A DNA stretch of 63,947 nt, the filler included, from an uncultured bacterium (GTDB lineage: Bacteria > CAYJRR01), in assembly GCA_964372275.1 (NCBI GenBank). It is 4 parts of 4 records of this genome, joined end to end, with 100 filler letters (N's around TTAATTAATTAA, not from the genome) between each part and the next. Parts side by side here need not be neighbours in the genome. Positions count along the whole stretch, not along the records: positions 17,955 to 35,780 come from CAYJRR010000095.1; 3 more parts are not named here. The stretch is one strand, 5' to 3'. Position 1 is the stretch's first letter; each line of letters opens with the position of its first letter. Made by a program: the position numbers and the translations under genes. The notes beneath the pieces are model-generated. The model had not been told where the DNA came from. It saw nothing but the letters and a program-made list of their open reading frames with translations, and searched no databases. Shown here piece after piece: positions 18,319-27,058 of this stretch.

Positions 18319-19187
18319 ACGGCCGACCCGTCCCCGCCGGCGCGCGGGCGGCCTCGCACCAGGAGGTACGGCGCGAGATCGCGGAAACCCGCGCGGCGGT
18401 AGGCGCGAACCGCCGGGAGGCTGCGCTCGTTGACGTGTAGCGAGACCGACGGTGATTCGCGCAGGAGCCGCCGCGCGAGATCCGCCGTTCCGCGGGAGGC
18501 CAGCCCCCGCCCGCGGTGGCTCGGAGGAACCCAGACGCCGCCGATCTGCGCCCCGTCACGCCCCTTGAGCGCCACCTCCGCCTTGAAGACGATTCGGCGA
18601 CTCTCGGTCAGCAGCCAGGTCCGTCCGGAGGCGATCCGCTCCTTGACCTGGGCGCCGAAGACCGGCCCTTCGTCGGCTCGCGGGTCGATCCCCAGCTCCT
18701 CCCGCTGCATCGCGGCCGACGCTTCGCAGACGTCGGCCTCGTCGGCGGCGCTCGCCGGTCGCAGACCCGGCAAGGCGACGTCGGCGATCTCCCCCGCGCG
18801 CGCCACCATCAGCTGCTGGTCGTGACGAAGGATCTCGTCGGCCTGACCGCTCGACCAGGCGGCCCAGAAGGCGTCGGCCCCGGCGCGCCCACCGATCACC
18901 CGCCGGACCCGTGCGGACTCGCGAAGCCGGCGACCGATCTCGGCCGCGTCCTCCGGGCGCGGGGCGAAAACGCACGCGAACCATCCGCCGACGAAGACCG
19001 ACGCGGTGAGGGGGCCCCGTTCCGGCCAGCCGGCGAAGTGGAACGGCGCATCGCCCGCTTTCGCTGCAATCCCCCTCTCGCGTAGCACACAGAGCTGATA
19101 GAGCGACTCTTCCGGGCGACGAAGCAACAGCGCGCGTAGCTCGGCCGCGCGCGTCGGCGGGATCTTCAGGTCAGGCCCGAGCCACAT
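18315..19187 (-). CDS. GNAT-family acetyltransferase (C-terminal FR47-like)
   Basis: QIGGVWVPPSHRGRGLA, SLHVN...AVRAYRRAGF. Confidence 0.85.
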   Translation of the reverse strand: MWLGPDLKIPPTRAAELRALLLRRPEESLYQLCVLRERGIAAKAGDAPFHFAGWPERGPLTASVFVGGWFACVFAPRPEDAAEIGRRLRESARVRRVIGGRAGADAFWAAWSSGQADEILRHDQQLMVARAGEIADVALPGLRPASAADEADVCEASAAMQREELGIDPRADEGPVFGAQVKERIASGRTWLLTESRRIVFKAEVALKGRDGAQIGGVWVPPSHRGRGLASRGTADLARRLLRESPSVSLHVNERSLPAVRAYRRAGFRDLAPYLLVRGRPRAGGDGSAV

Positions 19188-20922
19188 CGTCGATCCCGGA
19201 CTTCAGCTCGCGGTAGAACGCGCGCGCCGCTCCCCGGGGGTCGGCGTGGAACCGATCGCGCCACTCCCGGACTTCTCCGTTCCCGGGATCGTCCTCGGCC
19301 GCTTCGCGCACCCACGACGAGACGATCGCGCGCACCCGCGCGCCGCGCCACAACGCGACCGGCGCCGTCGCCGCGAGTCTCCGCGCGAGCGTCCGATGGC
19401 GCGGCATCACCCCTCCCTCGCCGCCCGACGCCGCAACCAGCTCCTCCAGCCGGTCCTCCGCCCACTCCCGCTGGAACCGGCACAGTCCGAGGTTGTCGAG
19501 TGCGACCTCCGCCACGGTCCGCTCGCCGCAGCGCCGCCCGAGCTCGCGCGGCGGCACGAACTCCAACGAATAGTCGGTGTAGTACTTCCCCACGATCGGC
19601 GTCGGCGCAAGCACACCGGGCGCCCAGTACTGCGTCGGCGCGACGCCGCCGCCCGCGTCGTTGACCACCACCACCGCGCGATCCGGATCGGACGACGTGA
19701 TGTCGACCAGGTGCCGCGGCGCGCCGTCCGTCGCCAACGCCTCGCGCAGCACGCGAACGGCGATTCGCGCGTTCGCGCGCGAATCCGATTCGGGGTCGAA
19801 CCGGTCCGGCGAGAAGCGAGGAGCCCCCTCCGGCGCCGCCGCGCCGTCCTCGGCGATCCGCTCCATCGCCCATCCCGCCAGCGCCCCCGCGTCGACGGCG
19901 TCGATCCCGAACTCCTCGACGGTCCCGTAGACCTCCTCGGCGGCGCGCTGGTCGAAGATCCCGATCGAGGGCCCCAGCGCCGCGAACGGCTGGAAATCCT
20001 TCTTCTGCCCGGAAGCGACCCGCCGGCATTGGGCCGGGCAGGTCTCGCCGCAGTCGCGTCCCTTCCGGCCGCCATCGGTGTCCTCGCGGTGCTGTCGCAG
20101 GAAATGGCCTTCGACCAGCCGCTCGTGGATCGCCTCCCGCACCGCCCTCGGCCAGTCGACCGACCGGTGGTTGAAGGCGAGCAGGCGATCGCGGAGTCCG
20201 GCCAGGTTCGCACCGAGCGTCCCGCCGGCCTTGAGCGCCGGATGGTAGCGATACTTGGCGAGGCTGCTTGCGAGCGCCGGCGCCGACGGCAACGCGTCGG
20301 TCGTCGGACGCGGCGCGTAGCCCGCGTCCGCCGCCGCGTCGACGGCGATCGCCACCAACCCGTGTCCCGCGAACCACTTCGACCCGAACCCACCGCGGCC
20401 GCCCCAGGTCTCCAGGACCGGGCTACCCCGCGCGTCGAAGGTCGCCGATGCCACGGCGCCGAACGTCGTCGAGCGCGCACCCGGACCGACGGCGAAGACC
20501 CGCGGCGCCGAGAAGCCGCTGCGCTCCCCGACCCACGCCAGCATCGCGTGGGTGCCCGGCCGCTCGCCCCGCCACGCCTCCGGGAGCGGAACCGGCAACA
20601 GACGCGGCGGACCGGTACGAGGGAGCAGCAACGCGGACGGTTCGTCGGCCCGTCCGTCGAGCGTCACCGCGTCGATCCCGAGCCCACGGATTGCCGCGCC
20701 GGCGCTTCCCAGGGTCGAGACGAAGAACCCGCGCCAGCCGGGGGTCCACCCGGCCATCACCAGCCGGTTCGACCCGGGGATCTCGACCCTTCCCAGCGGC
20801 CCGACGCCGAGGACGGTGCTCGAGCTCGACCGGCCGGCCGCGAGCTCGATCGGCCCGAGGACGTCGGCGGTTCCGCGCCTGGCGCGCACGCCGCCGCCCA
20901 GCTCCAGGTGGAGCACCTCCAT
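19171..20922 (-). CDS. Aldehyde:ferredoxin oxidoreductase family, GAPOR/GOR-like
   Basis: WRGFFVSTLGSAG, WGGRGGFGSK, KYRY....GGTLGAN, CGETCPAQC, KKDFQPF..LGP, DNLGLCRF. Confidence 0.78.
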   Translation of the reverse strand: MEVLHLELGGGVRARRGTADVLGPIELAAGRSSSSTVLGVGPLGRVEIPGSNRLVMAGWTPGWRGFFVSTLGSAGAAIRGLGIDAVTLDGRADEPSALLLPRTGPPRLLPVPLPEAWRGERPGTHAMLAWVGERSGFSAPRVFAVGPGARSTTFGAVASATFDARGSPVLETWGGRGGFGSKWFAGHGLVAIAVDAAADAGYAPRPTTDALPSAPALASSLAKYRYHPALKAGGTLGANLAGLRDRLLAFNHRSVDWPRAVREAIHERLVEGHFLRQHREDTDGGRKGRDCGETCPAQCRRVASGQKKDFQPFAALGPSIGIFDQRAAEEVYGTVEEFGIDAVDAGALAGWAMERIAEDGAAAPEGAPRFSPDRFDPESDSRANARIAVRVLREALATDGAPRHLVDITSSDPDRAVVVVNDAGGGVAPTQYWAPGVLAPTPIVGKYYTDYSLEFVPPRELGRRCGERTVAEVALDNLGLCRFQREWAEDRLEELVAASGGEGGVMPRHRTLARRLAATAPVALWRGARVRAIVSSWVREAAEDDPGNGEVREWRDRFHADPRGAARAFYRELKSGIDDVARA

Positions 20923-21010
20923 CGGTCGGACGCTACCACGGCCGCGACGCGCCGGCTCCGGGCGCGCCGCGGGCTTGCCGCTCCGCGGAGGTGTCGCGTA
21001 GGGTGGCCGC

Positions 21011-21976
21011 GTGGCCGGTCCAAGCCTCGCCCCGAGCGCACCGATCCCGCAGGGTCAGACCCTGCTCGACGCGATCGAGCGCCTTCGCACCGAGCGGAAC
21101 GCCGTGCTCCTCGCGCACTTCTACCAGGCGCCCGAGATCCAGGAGATCGCCGACTTCCTCGGCGACAGCCTCGACCTCTCGCGCAAGGCGGCGTCGACCA
21201 CCGCCGACGTGATCGTCTTCGCCGGAGTGAAGTTCATGGCGGAGACGGCGAAGATCCTGAATCCGAGCCGAACGGTCGTCGTCCCCGACGCCGACGCCGG
21301 CTGCTCGCTTGCCGACCACTGTCCGGCCGACGCCTTCCGCCGCTGGCAACAGCGCCACCCGGGCTCGATCACGCTCAGCTACATCAACTGCAACGCCGAC
21401 ATCAAGGCGCTCTCCGACGTGATCGTCACTTCGTCGAACGCGGAGCGGATCGTGCGGCAGATCCCCGCCGGACAGACGATCCTGTTCGCCCCCGACCGCA
21501 ACCTGGGCCGCTGGTTGATCCAGCGGACCGGCCGGGAGATGGTGCTCTGGCAGGGGGCCTGCATCGTGCACGAGGTCTACACCGACCGCGCGATCACGAT
21601 GTTGAAGGCCCGCCATCCGCAGGCGCAGGTGATCGCCCATCCGGAGTGCGAGGAGGCGGTGCTTCGCCACGCCGACTTCGTCGGCTCGACCTCCGCCCTC
21701 CTCCGTTACTCGAAGGAATGCCCCGCGACGTCGTTCATCGTCGCCACCGAAGCCGGGATCCTGCACCCGATGAAGGCCGCCAGCCCCCACAAGGAGTTCA
21801 TCCCCGCCCCCGGCTCGGGACACTGCCAGTGCAGCGAGTGCCCCTACATGAAGCTCAACTCGCTGGAGAAGATCTACCTCGCGCTGCGCGACCTCTCGCC
21901 CGAGATCCGGATCGAGGAGGAGCTGCGCAAGAAAGCGCTCCGGCCGATCGAACGCATGCTCGAAATGAGCGCATAG
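21011..21976 (+). CDS. nadA: Quinolinate synthase
   Basis: [46 protein letters not shown]. Confidence 0.96.
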   Translation: MAGPSLAPSAPIPQGQTLLDAIERLRTERNAVLLAHFYQAPEIQEIADFLGDSLDLSRKAASTTADVIVFAGVKFMAETAKILNPSRTVVVPDADAGCSLADHCPADAFRRWQQRHPGSITLSYINCNADIKALSDVIVTSSNAERIVRQIPAGQTILFAPDRNLGRWLIQRTGREMVLWQGACIVHEVYTDRAITMLKARHPQAQVIAHPECEEAVLRHADFVGSTSALLRYSKECPATSFIVATEAGILHPMKAASPHKEFIPAPGSGHCQCSECPYMKLNSLEKIYLALRDLSPEIRIEEELRKKALRPIERMLEMSA

Positions 21977-22004
21977 GCGACCTTCCTCGTGACCTCCACG
22001 CAGC

Positions 22005-23192
22005 CTACAGCCACGGCTTCAGTAGGCCCGCCAGCCATTCGACGACGCGATCGATCCGGGGGCGTTGGCGCCACGCCTCGCGCGTCACTTCCTGGCATCT
22101 CGCCGCGTCGGTCTCGAACATCCGCTCCAACTCCGCTCCGACCGCCGGATCGAACAGGTTGACGCTCACCTCCAGGTTGTTGAGCAGGCTCCAACGGTCG
22201 AGGTTGAAGCTCCCGACCGCGGCCCACGTCCCGTCGACCACCATCGTCTTGGCGTGCAGCATCGGTCCGCTCCACTCGAAGATGCGGACCCCTTCGTCGA
22301 GGAGCATCCGGTAGAGCGAACGGGTCGCGGCGGCGACGATCGGCATGTCGCTCCGACGCGGGACCATCAGCCGCACGTCGACCGCGCGCCCGCGCGCCCG
22401 CAGGATCTCGGCCAGGATCTCGTTGTCGGGGACGAAGTAGGCGTTGGCGATCCAGATCGAGCGGGTCGCCGCGCGAAAGGCGGCGAGCGCGCTCTTCCGG
22501 ATCGCCCACCGGTTCCAGAGGAGGGTGTTGCCGACGACGCGCACCGGCGTCGCCCCCATCTCGCGCAGGTAGGGCAGGTAGCGGCGCTTGGCGAGCTTGC
22601 GGCCGCCGGCGCGCCGCCACACGCCGATGAAAAACTTCTGCAGGTCGGCGACGGCCGGCCCCTCGAGGCGAAGGTGCGTATCGCGCCAGCCGCCCCCCCC
22701 CTTCTCCGGCGCCTGGTAGGTGTCGGCGATGTTCAAGCCGCCGGCAAAGCCGACCGTCCCGTCGACCACCAGGATCTTGCGATGGTCCCGGCGCCACCAG
22801 CCCCAGCGCCGGCTACCCGGGCCGATCGGCCGGTACTCGACGACGTGGACCCCCGCTTCGGCCATGGCGTCGAACATCGCTTCCGAGCTGTCGGCCGAGC
22901 CGAATCCGTCGTAGAGAAGGTTGACCTCCACCCCCGCGCGGGCACGGTCGGAAAGCGCTTCGGCGAACGTCCGTCCGGTGGCGTCGCTGGCGAAGGTGTA
23001 GCTGGCGAGATTGACGTGCCGCTCGGCGGCCGCGATGGCGTTGAGCATCTCGGGGAAGGTGGCGTGTCCGTCGCGCAGCACGATCGCGCGGTTCCCGCGC
23101 CGCACCGTGCGTGCGTCGTCGGCAAACCGCTGCCAGTCCGCCGCCGGAATCGCGGTCGCTTCGGCGGTCGTCGATTCGAGCGACGTGGACAC
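22005..23192 (-). CDS. clsB: Cardiolipin synthase (PLD family, ClsB-like)
   Basis: Two HKD motifs: RDHRKILVVDG and LHAKTMVVDG. Confidence 0.88.
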   Translation of the reverse strand: MSTSLESTTAEATAIPAADWQRFADDARTVRRGNRAIVLRDGHATFPEMLNAIAAAERHVNLASYTFASDATGRTFAEALSDRARAGVEVNLLYDGFGSADSSEAMFDAMAEAGVHVVEYRPIGPGSRRWGWWRRDHRKILVVDGTVGFAGGLNIADTYQAPEKGGGGWRDTHLRLEGPAVADLQKFFIGVWRRAGGRKLAKRRYLPYLREMGATPVRVVGNTLLWNRWAIRKSALAAFRAATRSIWIANAYFVPDNEILAEILRARGRAVDVRLMVPRRSDMPIVAAATRSLYRMLLDEGVRIFEWSGPMLHAKTMVVDGTWAAVGSFNLDRWSLLNNLEVSVNLFDPAVGAELERMFETDAARCQEVTREAWRQRPRIDRVVEWLAGLLKPWL

Positions 23193-23220
23193 GTCGCGAC
23201 CCAAGTTACCACCGCCCTCG

Positions 23221-23490
23221 TCAGGCGGCGTGGAAGCGGGCGAGCAGTCCGCGCTCCATGAACTTCGCCGCCCCCTCGAGCGTCTGCCGGAAGAGCGGAT
23301 CGGGCCACCGCGCGGCGCACTTTCGGATCCTCTTGCCGTCGATCTGCCGCAATCCGGCGAAGTCCCCTTCCACGATCCGTCGTCCGATCCAACCGCGGAC
23401 ACGGTCCGAGTCCTCCGGAAACAGCGCGTCGACCGCCTCGAGCAGTCGCTCCGCGTCGGGGCTCAGGCGGTTGTCGAGCAGCGTCGTCAT
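23221..23490 (-). CDS. Small hypothetical protein
   Basis: Fills the gap upstream of cls with a plausible helical sequence. Start 23490 or 23517. Confidence 0.55.
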   Translation of the reverse strand: MTTLLDNRLSPDAERLLEAVDALFPEDSDRVRGWIGRRIVEGDFAGLRQIDGKRIRKCAARWPDPLFRQTLEGAAKFMERGLLARFHAA

Positions 23491-23695
23491 CGCGCGCTCG
23501 TCTCTACCACGTTCCATGCCCGATTCCGAGGCTCCGGACAGGGCACCTATCTCGTTGAAATTCCAGGGGCTACGCGTTTTCCGAACGGGCACGATTCTAG
23601 AGGTGTCCAGGGACGCAACAGGGCCGTCCCTTTCGCTAGCCACCCTCCGCGATCCCACTGGGGCGGACGCGCCTGTCGCGGGGGGGCGTTCCGCG

Positions 23696-23728
23696 CTTCG
23701 GGCTTCCTCGGGGCCTCCCCGAACCCCT
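23696..23728 (-). repeat. REP-like intergenic element
   Basis: Minus strand reads AGGGGTTCGGGGAGGCCCCGAGGAAGCCCGAAG. Shares an exact 20-mer with 26527-26564. Confidence 0.7.
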
Positions 23729-23742
23729 GCTAGCATCCGGGC

Positions 23743-24264
23743 GTGATCGAACGGTACCAGGGGATCGCGCCGGTCATCGATCCCACCGCCTTCGTCCACG
23801 AGCGCGCGACCGTCATCGGGAAGGTGACGGTCGGCCCGGAGTCGAGCCTCTGGCCCGGGGTGGTGATGCGCGGCGACGACGGGCGGATCGTCGTCGGGGC
23901 CCGGACCTCGATCCAGGACGGAACGGTCGTCCACCTCACCGAGGGCCTGAGCGAGACGGTCGTCGGCGATCGGACGACGGTCGGACACAACGTGACGCTC
24001 CACGGCTGCCAGGTCGAGGACGAGGTGATCGTCGGAATGGGGAGCATCCTTCTCGACAACGCGCGCGTCGGGCGCGGGACGATCCTCGGCGCCGGCACGC
24101 TGGTGCCGATGAACAAGGTCGTCCCGTCCGGGGTCCTGGCGATGGGGAGCCCCTTCCGCGTCGTCCGCGAGCTCACCGACAAGGAGCGCGACTGGATCGC
24201 GTTCTCCTGGAAGAGCTACGTGGAGAAGGCCCGCCTCCACCGCGAGAACGAGCGACTTCGCTAG
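23743..24264 (+). CDS. Gamma carbonic anhydrase family protein (PaaY/YrdA-like)
   Basis: Hexapeptide repeats, MRGD, IQDGTVVH, VGHNVTLHGC. Confidence 0.93.
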   Translation: MIERYQGIAPVIDPTAFVHERATVIGKVTVGPESSLWPGVVMRGDDGRIVVGARTSIQDGTVVHLTEGLSETVVGDRTTVGHNVTLHGCQVEDEVIVGMGSILLDNARVGRGTILGAGTLVPMNKVVPSGVLAMGSPFRVVRELTDKERDWIAFSWKSYVEKARLHRENERLR

Positions 24265-24299
24265 CGGTCTGCCCCGCGCCGGGCGCGAAGCGCGGACCG

Positions 24300-25235
24300 T
24301 CAGCCGAAGCAGGGAAGCATCTGGTCGACGATCGCCGGGTAGTAGAAGAAGAAGTCGAAACACATCTCCTGCGTGCTGCTCTCCCCGATCGGGATCACGT
24401 CGTCGGTCGGATTGTCGTAGGTGCAGGTGGTGTCGATCCGATCACCCGGGGCGATGACGTACTCGTCCGCCGGGACGTAGAGCGACTGGTCACCGAAGGC
24501 GAACGGCTCGTCCCACACGGTGCTCGTCTGTCCGTCGTGGGTCAGATCGATCTTGAAGTGGCGGCCGGTCTGGTGCATGTGCGGCCAGATGGCGAAGACG
24601 TTCACCGACGGCACGAACGTCGGGACGTTGCAGGTCCCCTTCACCTCGTATCCGGTCGTCATCGGCGGGATCTCGAAGTCGTCGCTCCCGGCGACGAGCA
24701 GCCCCGCCGGCGTGAACGACTCGCCCGGCGCGGTGAACCGGATGTCGACCGTCGTGTCGTCGACGACGGCGTCGTCGCTGGCGTTCAGGTAGTGGAACTG
24801 GATGACGAACGTCTCCACCGGCGCGACCGGCATGGCGACATCGTCCGGCATCTCCAACGGATCGGTCGCCGTCCCGCCGGCGTAGCGGATGAACCATCCG
24901 CCCTCGATCAGCTCGCACGGCCGGTCGCCGTCGTTCTCCTCGTTTTCGCTGGAGAAGACGATGATGTGATGAAGCGCGGTCGATCCGGCTTGATAGGCGA
25001 ACCGTTCGACGCCGACCGGCTCCTCCTCCGTTCCACCGGTCTCCACGTTCACGAAGTAGCAGTAGTAGTACTCCTCCCCCGCCGGAACGGTGTGCGCCTC
25101 CTGGAAGTGGAAGCTCGTCCCCACCCCGGTGCCGGGGTCCGATCCGCCCTCCGCGCACGAGACGGCGAACGCCGCCGCCACCAGCGTCCCCAGGACCGGA
25201 CCCACGCGAACGCCCACGCCTCTCCGCTCGGTCAT
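24300..25235 (-). CDS. Copper type II ascorbate-dependent monooxygenase-like lipoprotein (PHM/DBH family)
   Basis: Lipobox FAVSC. Cu ligands LHH, QFHY, PHMH, EMC. Confidence 0.85.
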   Translation of the reverse strand: MTERRGVGVRVGPVLGTLVAAAFAVSCAEGGSDPGTGVGTSFHFQEAHTVPAGEEYYYCYFVNVETGGTEEEPVGVERFAYQAGSTALHHIIVFSSENEENDGDRPCELIEGGWFIRYAGGTATDPLEMPDDVAMPVAPVETFVIQFHYLNASDDAVVDDTTVDIRFTAPGESFTPAGLLVAGSDDFEIPPMTTGYEVKGTCNVPTFVPSVNVFAIWPHMHQTGRHFKIDLTHDGQTSTVWDEPFAFGDQSLYVPADEYVIAPGDRIDTTCTYDNPTDDVIPIGESSTQEMCFDFFFYYPAIVDQMLPCFG

Positions 25236-25291
25236 CTCCGCCTCCTCGCGCATGTTCGGCCGCCGGCGCGCCTCCCACGCGCCGACCGCCG

Positions 25292-25645
25292 CTACGGTCG
25301 ACTTTCCGGATGCTCGTTCTCGTACGCCTCCAGGCTCTCGTCGGAAATCTTCACCACCACATCGCCGGCGCCGGTCAGCCGCGCCTGGCACCCGAGCCTC
25401 GACTCCGGCACCACGTCGAACGCGAGGTCGAGCCGGTCGCTCTCCGCCTCCTCCATCTCGGTGAGGTTCCCCGCCCCCTGCTGGACCTGCACGTGGCAGG
25501 TCGAACAGGCGCAGACGCCACCACACGCCGAACCGACCGGGACGTCGTGCTCCTGCGCGATCTCGAGCACGCTCCGGCCCGATCCCGCCTCGACCGAAAC
25601 GGGGGTCGCCATCTTTCGATTCGGCAGGAAGACGATCTTCGGCAT
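25292..25645 (-). CDS. fdx: 2Fe-2S ferredoxin (ISC/adrenodoxin type)
   Basis: ACGGVCACSTCHV...SRLGCQ. Confidence 0.93.
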   Translation of the reverse strand: MPKIVFLPNRKMATPVSVEAGSGRSVLEIAQEHDVPVGSACGGVCACSTCHVQVQQGAGNLTEMEEAESDRLDLAFDVVPESRLGCQARLTGAGDVVVKISDESLEAYENEHPESRP

Positions 25646-25730
25646 CGACGCAACGGGTAGCGGGGGTCCGGGGCCCGGCCGGAAGGGCACTATAGCCAAT
25701 CCTCGCCGCGCAGCCTAGGATGCGGCCGCC

Positions 25731-26528
25731 ATGGCGCGGGTCGCGATCATCACCGGGGGGACGAAGGGGATCGGTCGGGGGATCGGACGGCGGCTCGCCG
25801 CCGCCGGCTACGACCTGGCCCTCTCCTACCGCCGCGACGCCGACGGCGCACAGTCGTTCAGGGCCGAGGTGGAGGGGATGGGCCGTCGCTGCCTGGTGGT
25901 GCAGGCCGACCAGACCCAGGAGGACGCGATCGGGCGGCTGTTCGACGCCGCCGCGGAGGCCTACGGCGCCGCCGACGTCTTCGTCGCCAACGCTGCCGCG
26001 ACCGCCTTCCTCCCCCTGATGTCGCTGAAGGCGCACCAGATCGACAAGACCCTCTCGGTGACGGTCAAGTCCTACCTGCTCGGGGCCCAGCGCTCGGTGC
26101 CGTTGATGCGCGGCCGCAACGGCAAGATCGTCGCCATCTCCGGCATGGACACGCTTCACATCGTGCCGTTCCACGGACTGCTGGGCGCGGCGAAGTCGGC
26201 CATGGAAACGTTGACCCGCTACCTCGCCGCCGAGCTCGCGCCGGAGGGGATCCGGGTCAACGCCGTGAACCCCGGCTTCATCGACACCGACTCCACCCGT
26301 TTCTACGCCGGCGACAGCTTCGAGGCGATCGCCGAGGGGACGGCGGCGATCACGCCGGCCAAGCGCCTCGGCACCGCGGACGACGTGGCCAAGGCGGTCG
26401 AGTTCCTGGTCTCCGACGACGCCGCCTACATCACGGGCCAGACGCTGCACGTCGACGGCGGCCTGCAGGTGGCGCCGCTGATCCTCTCCAAGATGACCGC
26501 CGCCCCCCGCCGCCAGCGGCCCGGTTAG
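25731..26528 (+). CDS. SDR oxidoreductase, FabL-like enoyl-ACP reductase
   Basis: TGGTKGIG, ANAA, AAKSAMETLTRYLA.EL...IRVNAVNPG, TGQTLHVDGG. Confidence 0.88.
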   Translation: MARVAIITGGTKGIGRGIGRRLAAAGYDLALSYRRDADGAQSFRAEVEGMGRRCLVVQADQTQEDAIGRLFDAAAEAYGAADVFVANAAATAFLPLMSLKAHQIDKTLSVTVKSYLLGAQRSVPLMRGRNGKIVAISGMDTLHIVPFHGLLGAAKSAMETLTRYLAAELAPEGIRVNAVNPGFIDTDSTRFYAGDSFEAIAEGTAAITPAKRLGTADDVAKAVEFLVSDDAAYITGQTLHVDGGLQVAPLILSKMTAAPRRQRPG

Positions 26529-26564
26529 GGGTCCGGGAAGGCCCGGCCCCGAGGAAGCCCGAAG
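26527..26564 (+). repeat. REP-like intergenic element
   Basis: AGGGGTCCGGGAAGGCCCGGCCCCGAGGAAGCCCGAAG directly after the SDR stop. Confidence 0.7.
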
Positions 26565-26581
26565 GGCGTTACGATCGCTCC

Positions 26582-27058
26582 ATGACGGACGCGACGAGCG
26601 GAGCGAGCGCAACCTCCGAACCCGGCGGCGCACCGTCGGGACCCGGAAGCGGCCCGGCGGGGGAGGGCGCGGCGAAGGGCCCGCGTGGCGCCGGCGGCAC
26701 GCCGGGTGGGATCGGCACCTTCTTCGCCGGCACGGCACTCGCCGCCGCCGGCGGCTATTTGATCCTCAACCAGGTCAACGTCTACGGGACGTTCCATTTC
26801 TGGGGGATCGGCGCGCGGGGCGGCTTCGGATTGGTGATGTTGCCGCTCCTCGCCGGGATCGGCTTCCTGTTCTTCCACGGAAAGAGCCTGCCCGGACGGA
26901 TCCTGACCTGGGCCGGCGCGGCGATCGTGTTGGCCGCAGTACTGATGAACCTCAACATCGCGTGGCGGACGACCAGCCTCTACAACACGCTGCTGATGTT
27001 CGGGATGTTCGCGGCGGGCCTGGGCCTCGTCTTCCGGTCGCTGCGCCCGGCGCCCTAG
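26582..27058 (+). CDS. Hypothetical membrane protein (4 TM)
   Basis: [14 protein letters not shown] motif followed by four hydrophobic helices. Confidence 0.8.
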   Translation: MTDATSGASATSEPGGAPSGPGSGPAGEGAAKGPRGAGGTPGGIGTFFAGTALAAAGGYLILNQVNVYGTFHFWGIGARGGFGLVMLPLLAGIGFLFFHGKSLPGRILTWAGAAIVLAAVLMNLNIAWRTTSLYNTLLMFGMFAAGLGLVFRSLRPAP

